Source: Isurus oxyrinchus (lineage: Eukaryota). Taken from it: 64,000 nucleotides of DNA. Of the stretch, positions 52,440 to 64,000 are shown piece after piece. A program made the translations under genes and the position numbers. The notes beneath the pieces are model-generated. The model saw only the letters and a list, made by a program, of their open reading frames with translations, was not told where the DNA came from and ran no database searches. The first letter of the stretch is position 1; every line of letters starts with the position of its first letter. The DNA is taken from contig JANJGN010000006.1 in NCBI GenBank assembly GCA_026770705.1, positions 70,742,001 through 70,806,000 on the forward strand, read 5' to 3'.

Positions 52440-55200
52440 CCACATTTGTCAAACACCATTTCCCTTTCATAAATCCTTGTCTCTGCCCAATCATATTGTG
52501 ATTTTCCAAGTGCCCAGTTATTAAGTTCCTAATAATAGATTCTAGCATTTTCCTTACGACTGATATTCGTCTAACTGATCTGTAGTTCCCTATTTTCTTT
52601 ATCCTTTTCTTGAATAGCAGAGCTATGTTTGACCATTATTCTACTTGAAGCTATTCTGAAATTTAGGAAATTCTGGAAAATTAAAACCAATGGATCCATT
52701 ATCTCTGTACCTATCTCTTTTAAAACCATCAGGTGTGAGCTATTAGGTCCAGGGCATTTCTAGGCTCTTAGAGAAATAGTATAGGGGAAATTAACTGGAC
52801 TAAGTACCTCATTACTTCTGGAATGTGTTTGCTGTCCTTAACAGATACAAAGTGTTTACTTAGTCGTAAAATCACAGAACGGTTACAGCGCAGGAGGCCG
52901 CCATTCAGCTTGCTGTGTACTTGCACGCTTTCTGCAAGAGCTACTCAGCTAGCTTCACTCCCCTGCCTTTACCCCATTGTCCTACTACTTTTTCCCATTA
53001 GATTATCCCACATCCTTTTGAAAGCCACAATTCAATCTGCCGCTACCACACTTGGTGCATTCCAGATCCTAAACACTCAGTGAATAAAATAGATTTTCCT
53101 CATGTTGCCTCTGCTTCTTCTACCCATCACCTTAAACGAATGCCCTCTGGTTCTTGACTCTTCCACCAAAATGAATAGTTTCCCTCTATCTACTCTGTCC
53201 AGACCCATCACGATTTTAAGCAAATCTCCGCTCAACCTTTTCTAATAGAAGACATCCCCACCCCCGCTTCCTCATCCCCAGGAACATTCTTAGAAATAGT
53301 TTCTGCACACTTTGCAATGCCTTCACATCTAACCTAAAGTGTGGCACCCAGAATTGGACACAACAATAAAGTCTCTGCCATTACTTTATTTGCTTGCCTG
53401 TAAAAAATCCATATGTATTTTGCAAATCTCTTCCTTTTTACATATCTCAACAAGTTTTTACAATTTTTGCTCTTGCTAATTTACTATAACTCACATTCTA
53501 GTTTCTCTTCCATTAACAACTCCTTGGCCCTCCTTTGCTGAATTTTAAAATTTTCCCAATCCTCAGGTTTACTATTTTTTTTTAAGCAACATTTTAAGTA
53601 TCTTTCTTTCATCAAACACTATATTTTAACTTTTTTATTAGTCATAGTGGGCCACTTTCCTATGGCTGTTTTTGATTTTGAGGAATGTATATTCATTGCA
53701 AATTATGAATCATTGCTTGAAATGTTTGTCATTGCTTATCTACCATCATTTCTTTTAATCTAATCTCCCAATCTATCGGAACCAGTTTACCTGTTAAACT
53801 ACATGGTTTACTTTGTTCAAATTTAAGATCCTAGTTTCACACTTAACTAAACCACTTTCAAACTTGACGTCAAATTCAAATATTCTACGATCACTCCTCC
53901 CCAGAGGCACCTTTACTCTGAGATCATTAATTAACTCAGTCTCATTGCACAATACAAAATCTAAGATAGCCTGTTCCTGAGCTGGTTCCCCAATATAATG
54001 ACCCATAAAATCATCTTGAATGTGTTTCATGAACTTGACCTCCACAGAATTACTACAAATTTGGCAAGCTGAAATAAAAGTTCTCCATGATTACTGTATT
54101 ATCCTTGTTACTCCTCTAATTTCTTGATTTATATTCTGCTCAATGCTACAACTACTGTTAAGTGGCCTATGAACTATTAGCACCAGTGTTTTCTTCCCAC
54201 TAGTTTTTTTAGCTCCACTCAAACTGATTCTACCTCCTGGTTTTCAGAGCTAAGATCCTTTCTCTCTACTGCAGAACCCTGCTCCCCAGCAGTCCTGCCA
54301 CGTCACAACCAACCTTCCACTCCTTTTCTATTCATCTATTTTATTGTGAACACTTTGCACGTTCAACTATACTGGCTTTAGCTTTAATTTTTTTCTTCCT
54401 GATGCCGCCTTAGTCGCTAATGCCTTTTGCCTTTGTAAACCGTCTGTCCTGTCCTCATCCATTCTACTTATTTTTACCCAAATTGCTACTCTGCTCTGTA
54501 GCCTTGACAAATCTCTTTCTGCTTTTGAATTTACTCTTCCCTGAGTCCTTCATAACCTCTTCATTAGTTTAAAGCCTTATCTACTGAACTAGTTATTTGA
54601 TTCACAAGGGCACTTGACTTGACCCAGTCTGATTTAAGTGCAGCCCAGGCCCAAAGGAACAGCTCTTTTCCCAGTAATGGTACCAGTGTCCCATGAATTG
54701 AAACCCCAGTTCCCATATCACTCTTGCAGCATCACATTTAAAAGTCTAATCTATTTGTCCCTTTGTCAATTTGCATGTAGCTAAGGTAACAATCCAGAGA
54801 TTATTACCTATGAGGAGCTACATCTTAATTTCGACCTTAGTTCCGCAGAATCCCATTTCTAGTTCGATCTGTATTGTCGATTTCTACTTGGACCACGACG
54901 ACTCGACCTACTTCAATTTAAGTTCTTCTCTAGCCATGTGGAAATGTCCTTAACCCTGGCATAAGGCAGGCCACACAACCTTCAGAGCTGCCAGTACCAG
55001 TTGCAGAAAACTGTATCCATCTCCCTAACAATACTCCCCCCTGCCACAACCATGTTCCTTTTCACTCCCTCCATTTGAATGGCTTCCTGCATCATGATGT
55101 TGTGGTCAATTACTCATCCACTCTGCAGATTTTGCCTTCATTTACACAAGCAGTAACAGCCTTGTACTTGTAGAATAAAAGTGAAGGTTGAGCACCACAT
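52440..55200 (-). mobile_element. Old CR1 LINE (ORF1 remnant, APE, start of RT), with a younger CR1 3' piece at about 52862-53365
   Basis: ORF 53794..54045 EQAILDFVLCNE..PLGRSD (APE C-terminus). NYR..SL remnant near 52570. Confidence 0.75.
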
Positions 55201-56068
55201 TCCGCCGTCCTCCAGGGTGCAGCAAAAAGTTGAGTTTTAAGTAAACAGATTTTCTGTTACAAAAATGTTGTTTTTTTCCACAAGTTAATTCAAAACTAAA
55301 AGCAATAACTACACCAGTAAATTCTTGAATTTAGATCAGAAATATTGCAAAACGCTCAAGATACAAATGCAAAATCTTGAAGATCAAGAGATGCACAACT
55401 ACGAAAGGTAGCACTACATTAGTGGTTGCAATTATCCCTAATTGTAGTGCACTTTAGTTAGCATAATGGAAAATATGAAAAAAATACTGGCAGTAATGAA
55501 CCATTATGCATAAACTTCATTTACATCATTGCAGATGCATAATATACTTGACTCTTGGTTTTAGCCTTCACCTTCATCATTAAGCAGAGAGAAGGAACAA
55601 ATGGGGAGAGATGGCTTCCTTGGATGTCAATAGTGATCCTCAGTGTGACCAGTAGGCTGAAGAATCTAAAAGGGGTAATTTCATTTCATTACCAGACCTT
55701 TTCACCATCATTCCACTGAGAACTAAGAATGCTCACATTTCATCGCAGCCAGATGAGATAAACACACCATACCTTCAAATATGTGACTGTTTTCTTAAGT
55801 CTTTCAATACACAGTTTTAACAAACAAAATTTGGGACACCATGACAGCAAAAATTGATAAGCACTACCCTGTGTTCCCACAAGGTCAGAAGGAAAATTTA
55901 AGATCCAGTCATTATGGGTCACTGTAATGCACTTCCTACAGGTAGCTATACAGCAGCATAGTTGTCTCGTGAGGAAAGGTTAAGGATGTGATCATAAAAA
56001 GTGTGGAAGGGGAAGAATATCAACTATATTACAAATATAGGTTTACGAAGCCTGAGGAAACTAGAAGC

Positions 56069-56231
56069 TATGTTCCTCTAAACTGCACCAATCTGCAACA
56101 TACCACAGAGTGAAACAAAGAGGCCGCGCACGACTAACATTGCCGTTGACATGTTTGCAAGTGCAGTAATCTTACAGGGACTGTGCAGTGCAACAGATTG
56201 CATACAATGAAGAAATATTAGAGGAAGCATC
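56069..56231. mobile_element. Short MITE, probably hAT-derived
   Basis: Terminal inverted repeat atgttcctctaa / ttagaggaagcat plus an inner inverted repeat aatctg / cagatt. Confidence 0.5.
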
Positions 56232-57742
56232 AATTGCAAAATCACTGAAAGGGACATTTAAGTTACTCAACATGTTACCAGCTTCCAAGTGTAGGTGGCA
56301 ATCTTGAGACATACATTCTAAAAGAAAACATACTTCAGCAAATGAAGGCATAAAGGAAGCTAGATCTTTAGGTTTCCAAGATTACCATGGAAACCTTTGA
56401 CATTTGCAATTGAAACAAGTAACTGCACATTAATCTTCAAGGACACTCATCAATAATATCCTGTGCATAATATGCATTATTGCAGCAGACAAAATTCAAC
56501 AGGCACATTTCTGCAGCAATTCACTGTCACTCTGCTGTCAGATTAGTCAGGTTAAATGAATTCACAAAAAAATTGGCACTGTGCCAGAATTTCTTTACTA
56601 AATTAGAGTTCTTCAGCAAGGAGAGATAAAAACTGATATTCCAGGAAGAGAAGATTTCAAATGCAAGGCAAATGCTTTCAAAGCAGTCAATATTAATTCT
56701 AACTATTTGAGGGGTAAGGGGAAGGGAAAAAAGTAATCAGCATAGTAATTTACTGTTATGAAATCCATAGGTGAAATATTGTTGGATGCTTCAAAACGGT
56801 TATGATATTTAATGACAACACAGCCCTACAATGCTAATCCATTTTCTCCCAAGTAATTACATATCAGATTAAATAAAAAATCACAAAGTTCTGAAACACG
56901 TACATGTTGCAACCTGCCAACACAAGATAGCATTCAAAGATATAAGTTCTAAGCAATAGAAAAAACTAAATGTGCTTGGACAAAACACAGAGCAAGTGCT
57001 GTTTGAACAGAGATACTCACATCACCAAATTTCACACAACCACAAGTATCTACAAATCCCAATCACAGATCTGCAGGTGATAGGACTAGATTCAAATTCC
57101 AGAGCAGACTGCCAAATTCATATCCTTAAGCCAGTAGAGTTTTACCTTTCTCAACTGAACTAACACTAGAAATACATAGAAGTTCCAACATGGAAACAGG
57201 CTATTTGGCACAACAGAACTGTGATGCTTTTCACCTTCCAAGCAAACAAATAATTTTGATCACATTTGCCCACCATTTCTCCAATATCTCTGACTCCTTT
57301 TCATCCATCTAATCTATTCTTGATTGTTGACATAGCTTTGTTTTAAGTCACCAACGGTGGGGATGAATTCTACATTTAAACTTATACCTATGAAGCAGAC
57401 TGGGCCTAGTAGATGAGCACCACTTACTGGGGAGTCTAATTTCACTTTGCTTCAGAGCCAATTCAAACTCTGGACTTGCCCTCCAAAATTTTAGCATCAC
57501 AATGAAGCAGACTTGCTTTGCATAAACCACGAGTTGAAGTGTGAATTGATCCAGAAATGCTAATTTTCTTCTTTGCACATACTAGTCTTTAGGTTTTGGT
57601 TTTATTAGCATGCTTTTCTTTTCATCCCAATTACCTTTCTGACATTTCTTTCCTGTTAAAAGGCATAGAAAATGTTACACAACAAAAACAGAATTACCTG
57701 GAAAAACTCAGCAGGTCTGGCAGCATCGGCGGAGAAGAAAAG

Positions 57743-57781
57743 AGTTGACGTTTCGAGTCCTCATGACCCTTTGACAGAACT
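57743..57781 (-). ncRNA. Hammerhead-like motif, mutated core (CUGUCAA)
   Basis: AGTT CTGTCAA A GGGTC ATGAG GACTC GAAAC GTC AACT. Confidence 0.45.
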
Positions 57782-59586
57782 TGAGTTCTAGTCCAAGAAA
57801 GAGTTGAAATATAAGCTGGTTTAAGGTGTGTGTGTGGGGGGCGGAGAGATAGAGAGAGAGAGAGGTGGGGGGGGGGTGTGTGGTTGTATGGACAAACAAG
57901 CAGTGATAGAAGCAGATCATCAAAAGATGTCAACGACAATAGTACAATAGAACACATAGGTGTTAAAGTTAAAGTTGGTGATATTATCTAAACGAATGTG
58001 CTAATTAAGAATGGATGGTAGGGTACTCAAGGTATAGCTCTAGTGGGGGTGTTTTTTTTATATAATGGAAATAGGCGGGAAAAGGAAAATCTTTATAATT
58101 TATTGGAAAAAAAAGGAAGGGGGAAACAGAAAGGGGGTGGGGATGGGGGAGGGAGCTCACGACCTAAAGTTGTTGAATTCAATATTCAGTCCGGAAGGCT
58201 GTAAGGTGCCTAGTTGGAAGATGAGGTGTTGTTCCTCCAGTTTGCGTTGGGCTTCACTGGAACAATGCAGCAAGCCAAGGACAGACATGTGGGCAAGAAG
58301 CAGGGTGGAGTGTTAAAATGGCAAGCGACAGGGAGGTTTGGGTCATTCTTGCGGACAGACCGCAGGTGTTCTGCAAAGCGGTCGCCCAGTTTACGTTTGG
58401 TCTCTCCAATGTAGAGTCAACCATCTGTTCCGATGATGCTACCTTCAAAAACGGTTCCTCTGACATGTCCTCCTTCTTCCTTAACCGAGGTTTTCCACCC
58501 ACGGTCGTTGACAGGGCCCTCAACCGTGTCCGGCCCATCTCCCGCGCATCCACCCTCACGCCTTTTCCTCCCTCCCAGAAACACGATAGGGTCCCCCTTG
58601 TCCTCACTTATCACCCCACCAGCCTCCGCATTCAAAGGATCATCCTCTGCCATTTCCGCCAACTCCAGCATGATGCCACCACCAAACACATCTTCCCTTC
58701 ACCCCCCTTATCGGCATTCCGTAGGGATCGCTCCCTCCGGGACACCCTGGTCCACTCCTCCATCACCCCCTACTCCTCAACCCCCTCCTATGGCACCACC
58801 CCATGCCCACGCAAAAGATGCAACACCTGCCCCTTCACTTCCTCTCTCCTCATCGTTCAAGGGCCCAAACACTCCTTTCAAGTGAAGCAGCATTTCACTT
58901 GCATTTCCCCCAACTTAGTCTACTGCATTCGTTGCTCCCAATGTGGTCTCCTCTACATTGGAGAGACCAAACGTAAACTGGGCGACCGCTTTGCAGAACA
59001 CCTGCGGTCTGTCCGCAAGAATGACCCAAACCTCCCTGTCGCTTGCCATTTTAACACTCCACCCTGCTCTCTTGCCCACGTCTGTCCTTGGCTTGCTGCA
59101 TTGTTCCAGTGAAGCCCAACGCAAACTGGAGGAACAACACCTCATCTTCCGACTAGGTACTTTACAGCCTTCCAGACTGAATATTGAATTCAACAACTTT
59201 AGGTCGTGAGCTCCCTCCCCCATCCCCACCCCCTTTCTGTTTCCCCCTTCCTTTTTTTTCCAATAAATTATAAAGATTTTCCTTTTGTCACCTATTTCCA
59301 TTATAAAAAAAAACACCCCCACTAGAGCTATACCTTGAGTGCCCTACCATCCATTCTTAATTAGCACATTCGTTTAGATAATATCACCAACTTTAACTTT
59401 AACACCTATGTGTTCTATTGTACTATTGTCGTTGACTCTTTTGATGATCTGCTTCTATCACTGCTTGTTTGTCCATACAACCACACCTTCCTCCCCCCAC
59501 CACCTCTCTCTCTCTCTATCTCTCCGCCCCCCACACACACACCTTAAACCAACTTATATTTCAACTCTTTCTTGGACTCGAACTCA

Positions 59587-59625
59587 AGTTCTGTCGAAGG
59601 GTCATGAGGACTCGAAACGTCAACT
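59587..59625 (+). ncRNA. Minimal type I hammerhead ribozyme-like motif (core CUGUCGA)
   Basis: AGTT CTGTCGA A GGGTC ATGAG GACTC GAAAC GTC AACT: stem I AGTT/AACT, stem II GGGTC/GACTC, palindromic ACGT stem III, GUC site. Confidence 0.6.
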
Positions 59626-59979
59626 CTTTTCTTCTCCGCCGATGCTGCCAGACCTGCTGAGATTTTCCAGGTAATTCTGTTTTTGTTTTGGATTTCCAGC
59701 ATCTGCAGTTTTTTTGTTTTTATCTATAGAAAATGTTACTACCTGCAGGGAAATCCAAAACTAGAGGGCATATACAATACTCACCAATAAATCCAACAAG
59801 AATGTTGGATTCATTCAGAATGGTGAGAAAGTGGAACTTGCTATTACAAGGAATAGTTGAGGCAATTGGCATGGATGTATTTAAGGAGCAGCTAGATAAA
59901 CAGGAGGGAGAAAAGAACAGGAGAATTTATTGAGAGGATAAGATGAAGTGAAGCGAGACAAAGCTCTTTTTTAAAAAAA

Positions 59980-61750
59980 TAATTCTTTCATGGGATATGG
60001 GTGTCACTGGCAAGGCCAGCATTTGTTGCTCATCCCTAATTGCCCTTGAGAAGCTGGTAGAGAGCCTCCACCTCGAACTGGGCAGTCCATCTGGAGGTAC
60101 ACTGACGGTGCTGTTAAGAAGGAAGTTCCAGAATTTTGATCCCATGACAATGAAGGAACAGCGATGTGTTTTCAAGTCAGAATGCTGTGGGGCTTGGGAG
60201 GGAACTTGCAGATGGCGGTCTTCCGATGCATCTGCTACCCTTGCCCTGATAGGTGGTAGAAGTCAAGGGTTTGGAAGGTACTGTCAAAGGTGCCTTGGCA
60301 AGTTGCTGCAGTGAATCTTGTAAACAGTACACATTGTGGCCACTGTGCCTCGGTGGTGGAGGGAGTGAATGTTAAGTTGGTGGGTGGGGTGTCAATCAAG
60401 TAGGATGGTGTTGAGCTTCCAGAGTGGTTGGAGCGGCACTTATCCAGGCAAGTTGGGAGTATTTCATCACACTCCTGCCTTGTGCCTTGTATATACTGAA
60501 CAGGCTTTGGGGAATCAGCTGGTGAGATAATTGCCACAGGGTTCCCAGCCTCTGACCTGTTCAGATCACAGAATCACAGTGCAGAAGAGGCCCTTCGGCC
60601 CATCGAGTCTGCACCGACACATGAGAAACACCTGATGTTGATAGTGGGGGAATTCAGTGATGGCACTGAATGCCAAGGGGAGATGGTAAGATCCTCTCAA
60701 TGGAGATGGTCATTGTCTGGCACTTGCATGAATATTTTATAACATGTAAAGGATTATAATGGATATATGGCAAAGAAACAGGCCACTCAGCCCAAACAGC
60801 CCATGACCGTTGTTATGCTCTGCTCAAGCCTTCTCCCATTTTTCCTCCTTCAAATCTATCATTGTAACCCTCTACTTCCTTCTCCCTCATATGTGCTTGT
60901 CTAGTTTCTCAAGTGGATCTATACTATTTGCTTCAATGACTTCCTGTGTTGACAAGTTGCACATTCTCACCTCTCTTTGGATAAAGAAGTTTCTTCTGAA
61001 TTCCCTATTGGATTTTTTGGTCACTGTCTTATATTGATGGCTTCCAGTTATGCTCTTACCCAAAAGAGAAAACATTCTCTCTGCAGCCACTTTATCAAAA
61101 CCTTTCATAATTTAAAACAACCGCTCAGTCTTTTTCCAAGAAAAGAGAGACCCAGCCTGTCAATCCTTTCCTGACATGTATAACCACACATTTCTGGTGT
61201 CATCTTTGTAAATCTTCTCTGCATTCTCTCCAGTGCTTCTATATCTTTTTTTTAATAATATGGCAACCACAACTGCACACAATACTCTAAGCACAGTACC
61301 CTAATACCTTATACTTGCCACTTATCAGGCCAAGCCTGAATGTTGTCCAGGTCTGGCTGCCTATGGACATGGACTGCTTCCGTATGAGGAACAGCAAATG
61401 GTACTGGACATTGACAGTTGTACAAATGAACATCTCCATTCATGACCTTTTGATGGAAGTAAGGTCATTGATGAAGCCGCGGAAGATGGTTAAGCCTAGG
61501 ACAATACCCTGAGGAACTCCTGCAGTGATGTCCTGAGAATGAGATGATAGCCTTCCAACAACCACAACCATTTTCCTTTTTGCTAGGTATGATTCTAACT
61601 AGTGAGCAGTTTTCTCCTCAGTTTCCATTGACTTCAAATTTGGCAGGGCTCCTTGTTGCCACACCTGGTCAAATGCTGCTTTGATGTCAAGGGCAGTCAG
61701 TCTCACGTCACCTCTAGAGTTCAGCTCATTTGTCCTTGTTTGTGTGCTAG
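59980..61750 (-). mobile_element. LINE family B 3' part with nested CR1 3' fragments (about 60565-60635 and 60765-61300)
   Basis: VRLTALDIKAAFDQVW (RT), tail at 59985-60050, and CR1 motif RRNFFIQREVRM in ORF 60887..61108. Confidence 0.8.
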
Positions 61751-62439
61751 GAAGATGATTCCTGCCTTGGACAGCTTTTTTCCTCTCAACAGTGTCTTTA
61801 TTATCTACTACAATGGTCTTTGCCACCTCTGCATCGGTTAGATATACATAGTGGAGAAGTTGCTGGGTCATTGCTCCAGGGAGAGCAAACAACCACAAAA
61901 CACTGCAGTAAGCAGGGGAGCAGCAAAATGACAGGCCATTGAGACAGGTTCATATATTGAAGGGAGATACAAAAAGAAACTAAGATTATACTAGGTAGGA
62001 GTTAGATATGTTGTTAAGTTTTCAGATAAAGAACATACACCTGCTTCCATTATTGCACTTCCATCACTACTGTGGAATCATTTTATTGATTTTAAATGTT
62101 ACTCAATCTCAAAACAGACTAGAAATGACTGAGATATGCCAAAATCAATACTGACATTTCATTTTGCAATGCCTACAGAAAGGCAGGATTTCAAAGCAAT
62201 TTTTCACTCAACATTCATTTTGTGGAAACAGTGAGACACAGACACAAGTAGGTTAACTGCAAATCCTTTCAAAATTCAGAGATAGTAAAAATAAATTTGA
62301 AAACATGTGGAACAAAACTGTATACAGAGTAACAGACATTTACTAATCTGAATAATGGGCTTAGATAACCTCAGGACCCACAGTGATTTAGGGCTATTAG
62401 CTGAAGCTCTTGATGAGATCCTTGCCTGTTAATAACTCC

Positions 62440-62778
62440 TGAGTATTATCATTCCTTACGTGATCACTGTAGCGTGTCTAGTACATTTCTCCATATTGTT
62501 GGAGGTGCAATCTTTTCAATGAGATACTATCAGATGTACACAAAATATGCCAGGGAGCTAATCAATGAACAGGGAGTTCTTAAGTGGCGCTGAGCAACAC
62601 TTCCTGCTCGTTAACACAACCAAAACAAAAATACAGCTGATCATCCATCTTATTCAATGTTTATGGGACTCTGCTGTGTGCCTTGAAGTCCAGCAAAAGT
62701 AACAATCATGACTGCACTCCAAAAATAATTAATTTGTTGTGAAGCCTTCTGAGAACGTTATAAGGTGCTGTAAAAATT
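62440..62778 (+). mobile_element. Deu-domain SINE, old
   Basis: ttggaggtgc..tttc.atgaga, tgtttatgggactctgctgtgtgc and tail aaggtgctgtaaaaat. Confidence 0.55.
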
Positions 62779-62989
62779 AAATTAGAAATACGATGTTTTG
62801 CATCATGACAATGGTTTCATTCTTCTTGGACTAACCAGAGCACAGCACATTGTTTCTAAGGGGCTACATTTACATTAATAAATGTCACCATCACACAGGT
62901 GTCTATTAAGTAACAAAATCATCAGAAAATGAGGAAAATAAAGAAAATGAATTTAAAATACCCTAATAAGTTATAGAGGGGAAAATTAT

Positions 62990-63480
62990 GCTTCAAGGCT
63001 GAATGTGTGCCAGTCTTGTGTAACAGTTTATCCTCGCTCTAAACTCTGTTCCCTGAATACTGCATCCACCCCTCTCTGTCTTGCAACAATCTGAGAGTAA
63101 GCCAGTCTGTTTGCAAGCTTGGTGTCACATTTGACCTGAAGATGAGCTGCTTGCCTCATATTCGTGCCATCACGAAGATTGCCTAATTCCACCTTCGTAA
63201 CATTGTCTAATTTTGTCCCTGTCTCAGCCCATCTGCTGCTGGAACTTTCATTCATACCTTTGTTACCACTAGATTTGACTATCCCAACGCATTACTAGCT
63301 CACCTCCCACAAACTAGCCTCTGTAAACTTAAGGTCATCCAAAAACCTGAAGCCCATGTCTTCATTTGCACTAACTGGTTTATTGTGCATTCCCAATTAT
63401 AATGCCCCTTTATTGGTGACTGCCTTCGGTTGCCCAACCTCCTTATACCTTTCAACCTCTCCAGCTTGTTTTCCTCCAGA
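62990..63480 (+). mobile_element. L2 LINE RT C-terminal fragment
   Basis: aagcttggtgtcacatttgacc..ttccaccttcgtaacattg..tttgttaccactagatttgactat. Confidence 0.75.
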
Positions 63481-63489
63481 AACTGAACT

Positions 63490-64000
63490 GGACTAGCCGT
63501 AGATCTACTGTGGCTACAAAAGCAGGTCAGAGGCTAGGAATCCTGCGATAAGTAACTCACCTCCTGACTCCCCAAAGCCTGTCCACCATCAACAAGACAG
63601 AAGTCAGGAGTGTGATGGAGTACTCCCCACTTGCCTGGATGAGTGCAGCTTCCACAATGTTCAAGAAGCTCAACACCATCCCAGACAAAGCAGCCTGCTT
63701 GATTGGCATCACATCCACAAACATTCACTCCCTTGACCACCGACACACAGGAGCAGCAGTGGGTACCATCTACAAGATGCACTGCAGAAACTCATCAAGG
63801 CTCCTTAGACAGCAGCTTCCAAATCCACAACCATTATCTAGAAGGACAAGGGCTGCAGATAGACGGGAACACCACCACCTGGAAGTTCCCCTCCAAGTCA
63901 TTCACCATTCTGACTTGGAAATATATTGCCATTCCTTCACTGTCGCTGGGTTAAAATCCTGGAACTCCCTCCCTAACAGTACTATGGGTGTACCTATAAG
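63490..64000 (+). mobile_element. LINE family B 3' segment, running off the window
   Basis: Closely similar to 43277-43700. Confidence 0.88.

Larger units (their letters stand above)
57679..59725. mobile_element. Young Neptune-type Penelope insertion with inverted duplication, 14-bp TSD ATAGAAAATGTTAC
   Basis: Minus copy 57681-58416 and plus copy 58420-59725. ORF 58318..59112 has PCPRKRCNTC and GLLYIGETKRKLGDRFAEH. TSD at 57665-57678 and 59726-59739. Confidence 0.93.

Noticed and set aside
57005-57060. Minus-strand donor GTGAGT as the next upstream MAN1A1 exon
   Set aside because: The adjacent sequence does not encode the expected GLYPNYLNP..GQWG.
62335-62385. Minus-strand GYLSP resembling the expected NYLNP exon
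   Set aside because: Flanking residues and splice sites do not match; the true exon is probably outside the window.

Overview
Vertebrate genomic DNA, almost certainly from a shark or other elasmobranch, judged from its repeat set (CR1, a second CR1/L2-group LINE, Deu-domain SINEs, Penelope-like elements, Harbinger elements and MITEs). The only host gene I can support is the 3' end of MAN1A1 (Golgi alpha-1,2-mannosidase IA, GH47) on the minus strand. Five coding exons (51501-51386, 48616-48397, 47081-46909, 24848-24733, 20954-20852) have GT-AG boundaries and consistent phases; the upstream exons appear to lie beyond 64000. Most of the rest is decayed transposable elements, and nearly all entries in the ORF track are repeat fragments or chance ORFs. 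Points of interest: (1) the MAN1A1 stop is followed by 7 codons and a second stop that lines up with the human C-terminus as I recall it; (2) young Neptune-type Penelope elements carry a hammerhead ribozyme motif with a non-canonical CUGUNGA core; (3) a 2-kb inverted Penelope insertion with a 14-bp TSD lies in an intron; (4) a single-ORF LINE shares both its 5' region and its 3' tail with a tRNA-headed SINE; (5) a deeply nested insertion stack splits a Harbinger Myb/SANT gene and makes up most of a 22-kb intron. Family assignments come from motif recognition by eye, not database searches. Repeat boundaries without a stated TSD are approximate.
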